From: Mantamonas sphyraenae STR306
Lineage: Eukaryota > Protista > CRuMs
Direction of reading: 5' to 3'
Length of the DNA stretch: 64,000 nt
Assembly: GCA_026936335.1 (NCBI GenBank)
Contig: JAPMXV010000036.1
Coordinates: 124,001 to 188,000, forward strand
Positions 44,557-55,520 of the stretch are shown one piece after another. A model generated the notes under the pieces. That model did no database searches and was not told the DNA's origin. It was given only the letters and a program-made list of their open reading frames with translations. Each line of letters opens with the position of its first letter. Position 1 is the first letter of the stretch. Both the position numbers and the translations under genes were made by a program.

Positions 44557-46404
44557 ATGGGAATAGGCCAGTCTGCAGTGTTTGAGGGCAACGTGGATCC
44601 CGGGGCAGCAAGCGTGTCGACGGCACAGGGTGTCCTCTCCGACGACCTGTACCTGGACGTGCAGGAGCAACACATGGACCGTGTGGAGGACAACGAACAG
44701 TGGGAAGCGTGTGACACTCGTGTGTGGAAACCAACAGGGAGTGACCGCCTGGCTCCCGTGTGTGGCCAGAGTGTGGTCCAACACGGCGACCTCCTCGTTC
44801 ACTTTGGCGGCAAGACGGTCAACAGCATGGGTGCATGCAGAGCCACAAACACAGTGGCATTGTATTCCATCAGCCAGGAACGATGGGTCACAGAACGTGC
44901 CGTGGGTCATTTGTCTGAAGAGCCCTCCCCTCGCTGGGGTCATTCGGCCGTCCTCCTCCACCCGTGGATGATTGTCTACGGTGGTGAGAACCAACGCTCG
45001 CAACAGCCCCTTCAGGCATCCACACTGTGCTTCCTCAATGTGGAGACGATGACGTGGGAAGACCGACAGGTGCGTGTGTGTGCTTGCTGTTGTGTGTTGG
45101 GGTGTGTGTGTGGTGTGGTGGGTTTCAAGAGGGAGCTGGTGGGAAATTCGCTGACACCGCAGGCGCGTGGACGTCGACAGGAGGTAAATGGACCCAAACC
45201 AGTGGGTCGCACGTCACACACAGCAGTGGCGCTGCCACGAGACGTGACACAGGAGCGAGAGAACAACAGCATGGTTGTGTTTGGGGGGTTGAAAGGCAGC
45301 GGGCGAGTGAAGTACACCAATTCGACGCTGCTGTTGGAGCAGAACGGGGTTGGGGAGGACAGTTGGACGTGGCATTCGATAGAAGCAAGTGGCCGCACAC
45401 CACCGGCCATGGAGGGTCACCAGAGTGTGATGTTGCCCGGGAGGGAAAACAGCAGTGGGGACGACTTGATGCTTGTGTATGGTGGCGATCCATTTGTACA
45501 GGACGCAGTGTTTGTGCTCAACTGTCGCACGTGGTGTTGGGCGGTTCGTGTGTGTGTGCACAGTGCCATCAGTCCACGCATTGTCTACTCTCATGCCCTT
45601 GTCCGACACGGCACCTACCTCCTTGCTGTCGGTGGCTACGGCTCCGTCGCCCATCCCACCATCCATGCCATCAACCTCTCCACAGGCAAGTATGTGCGTC
45701 GTATCACCACCGCCTCCAGCACAGGCGCACGCATCGAAACAGCCGCCTCGGTGGTTGTCACGGGCAACACCAAAGGTCAGCAGCAGGATCACCAGCAGCA
45801 GCAGCTGCAGCATCATCATCATCATCATGGGGATCCTCCCATGGCCCAATTGGTGCTGGCCAATGGCCTCTCCAACAATTGGAATGCCCTCCGCAATGAT
45901 GTGGCTGTCATCCAATTGCCCAGCATCGCGTGGACTCCGCGTTCACATCGACTCTACCCCACTGCATTTCGTGCGGCTGTGCGCACCCTACTGCTCATGT
46001 GTGTGCGTCAAGGAGGCAGGTGTCCTGCGTTGGCACCGTCATCAACGACCTCGTCGTCATCGTCATCGTCATCATCGTCGTCGGCGATGGGTGACACCAG
46101 GGTGCTCCCATCATCAAGCACCACAGCGGAGGATTCAGTCAGTATTCACATTGTGAGCAGTGGAGACGACGGCAAACTCACAGAGGTTGTGAGTGTCGAC
46201 AGTGGCGACAACGAAAGCGATGAGGAGGGGGACGACGGGGAACAGGCGGAGGATCACACAGGCAATGGCTTTGACTGGGCCCAACTGTCTGCACACACCC
46301 TCCGGTGTATCATTGGTCACCTGGCCACCTACTATGCCGTCGATATGTCTGACGTGCACTTTGATCCAGAGGCAGAGCCCATGCGCATCGGCAACGCCGA
46401 CTGA
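44557..46404 (+). CDS. Kelch-repeat protein with N-myristoylation-like start (MGIGQS)
   Basis: PSPRWGHSAV..IVYGG, GRTSHTAV..VVFGG, PPAMEGH..LVYGG; C-terminal W+PRSHRLYP.AFR..VRTLLL motif. Intron from 45070. Confidence 0.8.
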   Translation: MGIGQSAVFEGNVDPGAASVSTAQGVLSDDLYLDVQEQHMDRVEDNEQWEACDTRVWKPTGSDRLAPVCGQSVVQHGDLLVHFGGKTVNSMGACRATNTVALYSISQERWVTERAVGHLSEEPSPRWGHSAVLLHPWMIVYGGENQRSQQPLQASTLCFLNVETMTWEDRQVRVCACCCVLGCVCGVVGFKRELVGNSLTPQARGRRQEVNGPKPVGRTSHTAVALPRDVTQERENNSMVVFGGLKGSGRVKYTNSTLLLEQNGVGEDSWTWHSIEASGRTPPAMEGHQSVMLPGRENSSGDDLMLVYGGDPFVQDAVFVLNCRTWCWAVRVCVHSAISPRIVYSHALVRHGTYLLAVGGYGSVAHPTIHAINLSTGKYVRRITTASSTGARIETAASVVVTGNTKGQQQDHQQQQLQHHHHHHGDPPMAQLVLANGLSNNWNALRNDVAVIQLPSIAWTPRSHRLYPTAFRAAVRTLLLMCVRQGGRCPALAPSSTTSSSSSSSSSSSAMGDTRVLPSSSTTAEDSVSIHIVSSGDDGKLTEVVSVDSGDNESDEEGDDGEQAEDHTGNGFDWAQLSAHTLRCIIGHLATYYAVDMSDVHFDPEAEPMRIGNAD

Positions 46405-46524
46405 AATTGGGAGGAGGAATGCAAATCATTGCAATTGCATTGCACATGGACTCACTGCATGGGTTCACTGGTTCATTTTTGTTTTGTTTTTGGATGTTGG
46501 TGAGTGTGTGACACGTGGCATCAA

Positions 46525-49500
46525 TCAATCCTCGTCTTCCTTGGTGCAGAACAGGTCGGCAAGGGTGAACCGATGCCTGTTCTGGCTGACACGCCACCAA
46601 ATCGTCGTGTGATCCATGCTGGTGGTGAGCAGTTCGTTCTGGGAACACACCACGTTGGTCACATGGCCATTGTGGCCTCGGAAGATGTGCAGGAGTTCCA
46701 TGTCCAGGTCCTGGGTGGCGTTGTACCGCAGCAGATGCAGGCTAAAGTCCACCTGGGCAGCAACCAGAACGACTTGCTTGCGTTTGGCATGCACACCCAC
46801 AAGCACAGTGTGAACGCCTGGCTGGGACCCCACAGGGGCCACCCATTGGCCTTCCGTGTGCACGTGTGTCCATCCGTCCCATCCCGACGTCACAATCTGT
46901 TGGAAGGCCGGCACGTGAATGACATTGGACACCACCGAGCCCTGGTTGTGCAGTTGCTCACACCAAACCACCTTGCCCTGGCTCACATCCACCAGAGCCA
47001 CCCTTCCCTTGCTGGAGCCCACCAACACCAGAATGGCAGCAGCAGCAGCATCGTCCCCAGCACCCGTGTCGTTGCTGTGATACCTGGTCATGCAACGCAC
47101 CTGTTCTGCGTCGCCATCCTCGTCCTTCTTCTCCTCAAACACACCCACTGTTCGCAATGGCGAGGGCTGTGCCACACTGTCCATGTTCCACAGGCAAAGG
47201 GATCCGTCGCGATGGCCTGTGAGCAGACGCAGCTTGGAGGCATCGTCACCCACATCCTGCACCCAGGCAAGGGTGGTGGCCACGGACGACAGAAACACAT
47301 TGGCACAGGGTTCACTCTGTTTGGTGCTCCACACACACAGGGTGCCATCCAGGGAGGTGGAGGCAAACGTGGCCTCCTGGGCATTGGTCCACCCGGGTGG
47401 CGTAGTGGGAGCACATCCGATGGCCAACACAGCGTTGGTGTGCGCCTTGAATGTGCTTGTGCTGTTGCGGTGCATCAGCCCATAGTGTCGGATCAGACCC
47501 GTGGCATCGCCCACCAGACCCTGCTGCAGCATCTGCTTGGGTTCCACCATGGTGGCACAGGTGCACGGCGTCGTCGACAGGTTCAACCGCATGGGTGCAT
47601 ACCGATTGCCCGTGCAATCGATGCGCTGTGTGCGTTCGGGTGCCTCCAGACCGATGGCGTGAAAGTCCAGCTTGTCCAGGTGGCTTCGAAGGGGTGCAAA
47701 CACAGTGTTGACGTGTTCGCCACTGTGTTGCGGGAAAAAGGTAGCATAGGGTCCAATGGTCTGTGAGGAGCCCATGGCCCCAGCACGCATGCTCTTGGCC
47801 TGGTCACATCGCACCAGAGTGACCCCGGCACGGCTGCACTGCTCCTCAAACTTGTGACCCATCGCATCCACCGCCGTCGACCATTGCGACCGTGCCAACG
47901 AAGGATACTTGTCCATGGACGAACTGCCGCCTGGGATAAACGTGGGATTCAACACAATGTCTGGCTCAGCCGCAAGCGTGTCCTCCCACACATCATGGTT
48001 CTCCACATCAAAGCAAATCAACACCGCCAATCGTCCCACATCCTCTGTGTCCACCACACACCGTTCCGTGCCACGTTCCATCTCCATGTTGAGTGGTCGT
48101 TGCTTGCGATACTTGGCCATCACCTTGCCCTTCCTGTCCAGCAGCAGCGACGTCTTTGCCCACCCCCCGCTGCTCGTCTCTTCCATGTGTGTGCCCACCA
48201 ATCCATACACACCATGCTTGGCCAATGCTTCACCCACCGCACGCACAAACCCGTTGCTGCTCTCACGTCCCTCCTTCAGATCCGCCTTTTGTGGCATGTT
48301 CTCTGCAAACAGCACAATGTCTGTGCGATTGTTCCGCATCAGTGTTTCATCCTCCCCTCCACCCAAACTCTCCAGCTCCTCGCTCAGGTATCGATCGATG
48401 GCGTTGGCCGTCGCCTGTGACAGCATGCCGTTGGTTTGGAAGCAGGCAATCTTGACGTTGGTTTTGATCCGCAGCAGCTCGCTTCCCGGTCCGCTTGTGT
48501 CGTACTTGGGTCCCGTGTACTCTTCGCCTGCGTCCAACAGGTCCAACTCGTCCTGTCCCATCGTGTACAGCGACGCACTTCGGCCTGTGTCTGCAGAGGA
48601 AGAGGAGGAAGAGAGGAAGAGGAGGAGGAGGAGGAGGAGGAGGTGCTGGCGGATGACGCCGATGACGATGGATTGGGACTGGATGCAGTCAGCTGTTCCT
48701 CCACACGCCACTGGATGGACACATAGTCCTCATCCTGGGCACACGGGTAGTCGGTGAGGGTGGACAGACCCATGAGCTTGTCACGAGCCTGTGGACTGCT
48801 GTCGAGTGCAGCCATCCACTCGTCCTGGAAGGCCTGGTACACTTCATCGAAAAAGTCCAGGCGGATGGAATCGACACCCTTTGTCCAGACATCGGCCCAG
48901 TCCATGCGCACCATCTCTGTCATGTAGGTCTTGAGATCGGCAAGGTGGGTCGGGTCCATGTCCACCACGGCTCGGATGCCCTGGACCATGCCCTTGCGGA
49001 TGGCCATCTGGGCAGGCAAGTCGACGGAAACGCCTGTGTTGAAGAGGAGAAAGAGGATGACGTGGCCAAACATGCCCTTGAACACAGGCAACTCGGAGGC
49101 CTGGGGATCGATCTCCACACGCACGTCTTCGGGCTCCTCGGCCACAAAAGCGTCCAGGGTCTCCTTGAGGACGGCATGCACCTTGTTCAGGTACTTTGCA
49201 CGCGCCCCCTTCATCTTGTGTGAGGTGCAGGAGAACAGGTTGTCGATGGGACACAACAGACCGCCCTTTTGGTCAAACACAAACATGATGTTGCCTGGGT
49301 TGCCCTCATTCTCCCATATCAGAGGCAATCGATCCCAATTGTTCATAAACACATCGGCAATGAGCATGACACCCAGTTGGCGAAGGTAGGGCTCCCCACG
49401 CTCGGCATCAAAGACCATACTGCTTTGCTCCGGTGTCAGATGCAACAGGTCGGGGCCATTCACATAGCTCATCACAGTGATGAATGCCCGGTTCAGTTCC

Positions 49501-51020
49501 TTCTCCACCATGATTTGGCATCGTTGGCTGGCCTTGCGTTTCAACCGGAACAGCGCCGATTTCATGTGCCGCCAGCCAGAATCGGTGTAGCTGAGCAGGT
49601 GGACATTGGGTGCATGCAGGTGGAAGATCTGCTGCAGAATAAGAGTGGACAGGTACTCTGTGAGGATGGATGGATGGGTGTGAGTGGGTGAGCGAGTGAG
49701 CGAGTGGGCAACAATTCCACCCCGTTGGGTTCCTGACCCGTCACTCACCTTTGACAACATTGGACGAACCCTTGACCACGACGGGCGTAAACGTGTCCCA
49801 ATGCACAAAGAAGACACCTGTGGAACCTTCGTCGGAAGCAGAGACCCGTGTGGCCTTGCTCCAGGCAATCTGCTGGTTGGTGATGCCCACCTCGCCCGAG
49901 GCACTTGCGTCTGTGCCGTGATCAACCAGGTCACGGGTGCCACGGACGACACGGAAGAAGGCAGCGCCAATCTCCTCACCCCATGCACGGGTCACTGTGG
50001 CCTGGTACAGGTCTTGCATGGCCTTTTGCACACCCGTGCCCTTCTTTGTGCGAAGGGCATAGTAGTGACAGAACCCATCCATGAGCACAAACCGAGGCAT
50101 GGCTTCCAGTGTGTCCTTCAGGGCGTTGTACGACGTGTACACCGGTGTGTCCTCGTGGTCTTGCACTCCAAAAAACGAGTTGGCATCGTCCACCACCAGG
50201 TTGGCAATCTCAATGTACGAGATGTTTTCGTTCAGCTTGGATGCCAATGTGTTGCCCTTTCCCTTGCCCTGGTTGCTGCTGCTGTTGTTGTTGCTGCCGC
50301 CGCTCCCTGTGTCCGACCCCGACGACGACGACGATGAAGACGACGACCCCGATCCATCATCCGTCGTCTTCTTTTTGCGCTTGAAAAAGTCAAAGAAGCT
50401 GCGTTTGGACTTTTTCACCTCTTCAAACTCGGCCTCCTCTTGCGGTTTGTGTTCCTCAAACGTCTTTACGTCCTGGCTGCCAAAGCGTCGCAACGCCTGC
50501 GCGTTTGTGGTGACGGTGTTTGCACCGAGTTCCGCGTGGTTGGTGTGTCGCAACCAGTGGGTTGCAGGGATTGCTTTGGGTGTCAGCACGGCGCAGGACA
50601 TTTCATGGGAGGTGTGTGCTGGTGATGGGCTGTGTGTGCATGTGTGTGGTGTCCTGCGTTTGCAGGAAAGGAGGAGGAAGAAGCGGGGGGCAAGGGTTGG
50701 GAAGCGGGTGTGTTCGTCGTACCGCTTTGATCGCCTCCTCCAGCGTGACCTTGGATGTGTCTTCGTCGGCAGACGAGATACTGTCGCGCTCAGCGTCTGC
50801 GTTGACGCGCAGGGACTGCTCAAAGTCAGAGATGTTATCGACGTAGAAGGCGCCGTCTTCTGTGCGGACGGTGGTGGTTGTCGCCTTTAGGTTCTGCGAC
50901 GCCTTTTTCAGGCTGCCAGAGTCAATGTTGCGCAGCGACTGGGTGGACAAGGACGGGAGGGAGGTCAGTGAGTTGGCAGCGGCACATACATGGCAGGGCG
51001 CAGGGAGTGTGGCGTACCAT
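46525..51020 (-). CDS. Probable fusion: actin-fragmin-kinase domain + carbon-nitrogen hydrolase (nitrilase-family) + WD40 repeats
   Basis: AFK motifs GVFF..VVVK, DVFMNNWDRLPLIWENEGNPGNIMF..PIDN; nitrilase triad FAEN / YRK / ICFD; C-terminal WD40s. ATG-only exon (51018-51020) and three introns. A 1-nt correction in the TCC repeat at ~48613 joins the kinase and nitrilase ORFs; otherwise these are two genes, the second starting at 48561. Confidence 0.75.
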
Positions 51021-51188
51021 CGGGGGATTGGTTGGGGCCGCGAGGGCGTTTGGAAGGAAGGACTGGTAAAGAACGAGGATGGGTTGAAAAGTGACGACTG
51101 ATGGATGCGGTCAGGACCGCCAGTAGCGGATTGTGAGGAACGAGGACACCTTGGAGATCGAGAGCGATGGTGCCCTCAAAAGATAATC

Positions 51189-51256
51189 AAATTTTGATTC
51201 AAACGAGAATAACATTGATACAACGAAACTGCAAATTTACATTTGAATCAAAATTT
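51189..51256. repeat. Perfect 15-bp AT-rich inverted repeat (AAATTTTGATTCAAA..TTTGAATCAAAATTT)
   Basis: 51189-51203 is the exact reverse complement of 51242-51256, with a 38-nt spacer. Confidence 0.9.
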
Positions 51257-51272
51257 ACACACCGACGGATGA

Positions 51273-52853
51273 TCAAGATTCCCCAAGGGAGTGCACAGTG
51301 GCTTTGGGCACGGTAGTGCCGGTTGCGCGGCGCAGTTGGACAAGTTCGGCGGGGTCAACGTCGTCATGGTGGTCCGGACGTGGTGACTCGTGGGTGACGC
51401 GCAGGCGCCACGATCGTTTGTACCAGTGGTAGAGCGGGATGGCCACGACAAACATCTCGATGACGATGGGTGAGGCTGCCACGGCTGTGCTGATGGTGTG
51501 ATCTTGGCAGAGAATGGGCCAGTTGAGAAAGGCGCGCATGGCGAGAAAGAGGGTGCTGCCGGACATGACGACGATGAGGATGACATGGCTGAGGCGCAGG
51601 TGCATGTTCCAACCCTCCTCGATAAAGATGCCCTGGCGGCGTTCGAGGAAGATACAGGTGCTGTCGACGACAACTTCGATGGCCAACTGGGTGCCCAGCG
51701 AGACAAGCATGCTGTCGAGAGTGGGGAAAATGGGCACACTGAGCACTGTGGGCACAACGGCAGGTTGGGAGAGCACAAAGGCGAGGAAATGGACCGTGGT
51801 GATGACAATGAGCTCTGCGATCATCTCCAAGCCGAGGAAGAAGGAGTGGTGGCCGTCGTCACGGCCGCGTTGGAGAAAGCCCACGCGAGACATGACTGCA
51901 TGCACGAGGCGACTGCGCTTGAAGTAGGTGATGCGCATGAGGACCTCAATGACACCGACGACGAGAGGGAGGACGACGGTGGAGATGGGGTCGCCGGGAG
52001 AAGGGACGAGCATGAGACGCCCCACACAGGACGCAATGATCGCCATGTAGAGGGTGAGGGATGTGGAATGGAGAGAGAGGGTGGTCTCACGCACAATGGC
52101 CAACACGAGTTCGTTGTAGAGTGGCAGGATGGCAATGCGCAGGATGAGACGGATGGTGGCGTCGCTGCGGAAGAAGACACCCAGGAGTTGCAGATTGACA
52201 AACCAGCTGGCAGCCAAACAGAACACAGCCGTGCTGTATCGAAGGTACTTGTACGGCGACCACTTTGCCTGCACAGCCACGGCGTAGGGGAAGAAAAACA
52301 CAATGAGGAAGGAGACGGCGAGGGCCACTGCCTCTGGACCCAACATCTCGTACTGGTCACAGGCAGCATCCATGTCCCAGAAACCAGCCAGGGCAAAGGT
52401 GTGGAGGATCCGAATGACGATGGCCAAGGGAAAGGCAAGCACAGAAAGCACCGCCTTTCCCAGGCCTTGGGTGCCATTCAGTTGCACATACTCAAGCAAA
52501 CATGCCAATGGGATGCCCAAAACACTGTAGAGGCCGTAGTGGATCATGATGACGGGGTAGTTGCCTCGTCCCGTCGCCGGATTGAGCAGATTCACAGCGA
52601 CCACCGCGTGGTACATGAAGATGAGGACTGCACACACCGACACACTTGCCAAGTACATGAGAAGCATCTTTTTCAGCATCCCACGGATGGCAATGTGCCA
52701 TGGTGGACGCACAGGGCGCTCCTGCTCGTCGTCGTCAGGAAGCAGGACGTCGCCGCTTCCCGCGCTTCCCGCGCTGTCCTTGCGGTACTCCTCCGAGCGT
52801 GGTTGCCATGCGTGTGTGGTACCACGAACAGGCACGTGTGTGGAACCTGCCAT
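51273..52853 (-). CDS. Uncharacterised multi-pass membrane protein, paralog 1
   Basis: About 12-14 hydrophobic segments; intronless; collinear with 57973-59663. Confidence 0.8.
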   Translation of the reverse strand: MAGSTHVPVRGTTHAWQPRSEEYRKDSAGSAGSGDVLLPDDDEQERPVRPPWHIAIRGMLKKMLLMYLASVSVCAVLIFMYHAVVAVNLLNPATGRGNYPVIMIHYGLYSVLGIPLACLLEYVQLNGTQGLGKAVLSVLAFPLAIVIRILHTFALAGFWDMDAACDQYEMLGPEAVALAVSFLIVFFFPYAVAVQAKWSPYKYLRYSTAVFCLAASWFVNLQLLGVFFRSDATIRLILRIAILPLYNELVLAIVRETTLSLHSTSLTLYMAIIASCVGRLMLVPSPGDPISTVVLPLVVGVIEVLMRITYFKRSRLVHAVMSRVGFLQRGRDDGHHSFFLGLEMIAELIVITTVHFLAFVLSQPAVVPTVLSVPIFPTLDSMLVSLGTQLAIEVVVDSTCIFLERRQGIFIEEGWNMHLRLSHVILIVVMSGSTLFLAMRAFLNWPILCQDHTISTAVAASPIVIEMFVVAIPLYHWYKRSWRLRVTHESPRPDHHDDVDPAELVQLRRATGTTVPKATVHSLGES

Positions 52854-53078
52854 GCCGATGTGTGCACAAGTGCCAGAGGAGGGGGGAAACGCTTGTGTGG
52901 GGGGGGGAAAGTTTGCTCCAAATGGAGAAACGGCGCCACACGACGCCAAACATCCATCGAAGCATGGAGATGCCCCTCATGCAACATGAGACCACACTCC
53001 ATGGTATTGCGATACCTGTGTCATTGATGCGCATGCAAGGCGCATAGGCAACCAACCAAAGTCACGGACGCAACAGGG

Positions 53079-55466
53079 ATGCAGCACCAGTCACGTGGGG
53101 GTGGTGGCTATGGAATGGCAGGGATGCCACGTGGACAAGGAGGAGGAGGAGGTGGCGGTGGTGGTGGAGGTGGTGGAGGTGGACATCAGTATGGAGCTCG
53201 AGGGCCACCGCAACGCAAGTTTGACGGCACCCGCATGCGAATCGGGGCAGTGAAGCGTTACACAGTGGACATCCGACAGAATATTGTGCGGTATCTGGAA
53301 GCACGGGCAGTGGACAAGGAGAAGACGCAGTTGGATGTGCAGATGCAGGCCAACCCGGCGTACCTGCGGCAGTTGTTGCCGGTGCAGATGTACGGCGACA
53401 ACAGCAGCACAAGCGTCACCACAGCGTACATCCAGGCCAAGGTCAACAAGGAGAACAGGGGGCCCCTTTACTCTCTGGCATGGACCCCCGAGGGGCGTCG
53501 TTGTATCTGTGCAGGCGTATGTTTGACCCAGCAGGGTTGGCGGGAAGAACTCAAGCGAGAGAGAGAGAGAGGGCAATCGATCGAACACCGCTGACACGCG
53601 CCACTTTGTCTCTTTGTGCCTCTGCACGGCCTTACGACGGCCATCCACACACACGCACGCACGCTGGATCAACGGCCCTCATGCCTTTCTTCCTACACAC
53701 GCACAATCACACAGCACACGGGCGAGTTTACGGTGTGGAACGGCGTGCAGTTCAACTTTGAAAACGTGGCGTGGGTAGGTTCATCTTCCGCACAAGGGAG
53801 CACACACCAGGAACATGGTCACCAGCCATCTGACCCCTGTTCCCGCCGCCATCGCACATTGGCACAACCACAGGCACACGCATCGGCCATCCGTGTGATG
53901 AGGTGGACACACAACCACAAGTGGATGATCAGCGGGGACAGCGAAGGAATTGTCAAGTACTGGGAGTTGAACCTGTCCAATGTGATGGAACTGACGGCAC
54001 ACAAACAGGTGTTGCGTGACCTGTGCATCTCACCCAGTGACAGCAAGTTTGCGACGTGTTCGGACGATGGCAGTGTGCGTGTGTTTGACTTTGCACGCAG
54101 CGTGGTGGAACGCAACATGGATGCTCATGGGTGGGATGTGAAGAGTGTGACGTGGCATTCACGCAAGGGGCTCATTGCAAGTGGGTCCAAGGACAAAACA
54201 ATCAAGCTGTGGGATCCGCGGCAGGGACGGAATCTGAGCACTTTGCACGCACACAAGGGGACAGTGTCACGTGTACGCTTCAACACCATGAACACCAATC
54301 TGCTGGCGTCGTGTTCACGTGACCATCTGGTCAAGGTGTGGGACATCCGCAAACTGGAGGAGTTGCAGACGCTGAAGGGACACAACGAAGAGGTGACGTC
54401 GCTCACCTGGCACAACCAGTGCGAAGACCTCCTGGTCACCGCCGGCTTTGATGGCAAGCTTATGTTTTGGCTGTTGGGTGAGGACGAGCCGGTGGGGTTT
54501 GTCAACGAGGCCCACGACGGCGCCGTGTGGGACATGGAGTACCACCCCATGGGCAATGTCCTCTGCACCGCAGGCAACGATCATCTGAGCAAGTTTTGGA
54601 AGCGCAACAAGCCAGGCGACCACATGACAGACAAGTACAACATTGGACAGATGCCTCCTGGAACAGTGCCTGTGGATGGGTTTGAACAGGGGGATTTGTA
54701 CGCAGCAGCACTGGCTGGTGGCGACGACCGCAAGGGACATGCATGGGCATCTTCCTCCTCCTCCTCCTCCTCCTCCGTGTCTGAAGACGACGACGAGGGG
54801 GACAATGCCCTGCTTGCAGCCATGCGTGAGGAGATGAAGGCAGCGGAGGCGGAGGACGACGATCGCATCCCGGGCCTGAGCGACGTGGATCTGAGCAAGG
54901 TGGACGTGGAGGCAATCAAGCGTGAGATCGCAGGTGTGGCTGTGGCAGGCATGGTCAACAGTGGACAGGGAGGTCTGTTGGGCGATGCAGCCATGACGCA
55001 GAACAGACGCATGTTGCGAGCCAAGGATTTCCAAGCAGGAGGCATCCTTCGCACACAGTCGCTGATGGGAGTCAACGCAGCGGCAGCCACAGGTGGTGGT
55101 GGCGGGTCATTGTTGGGCGGGCTTGGACGAGGTGGTGGGGCAGGTGGTGGTGGTGGTTTGTTGGGCAACGCTCAACAGGCAGCACCAATGATTGGCAGGG
55201 GAGGAGGAGGAGGCGCAGGAGGAGGAGGCGCTGGAGGAGGAGGGAGCGCATTCATTGTGTCGAGTGCAAGCATGCCTCCAGCAGAACACCTGCAGATCCT
55301 GTATGCCAATGCACAGATCAGACTGAACGAGAACGGCAAGCGGGAGCTGGAGAGCAGCAAGGAGGAGGATGACGAGGGTGGGGAGGATAGGAAAGGAGGA
55401 GTGGGTCAGCAAGGAGATGATGGTACCACAGGGGGGGGTGATGCAAAGAGGCAACGCACTGAATAG
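53079..55466 (+). CDS. WDR33: Pre-mRNA 3'-end processing WD40 protein WDR33/Pfs2/FY
   Basis: FDGTRMR..RYTVD, WTPEGRR, GEFTVWNG..FNFE, SPSDSKFATCSDDG, HGWDVKSV.WH, GNDHLSKFWKRNKPGD. Two introns. Confidence 0.93.
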
Positions 55467-55520
55467 AACGACGACGACGACGGCAGCTCCGCCAATCTTT
55501 TCCCGTTCCTCCCAGGTGGC

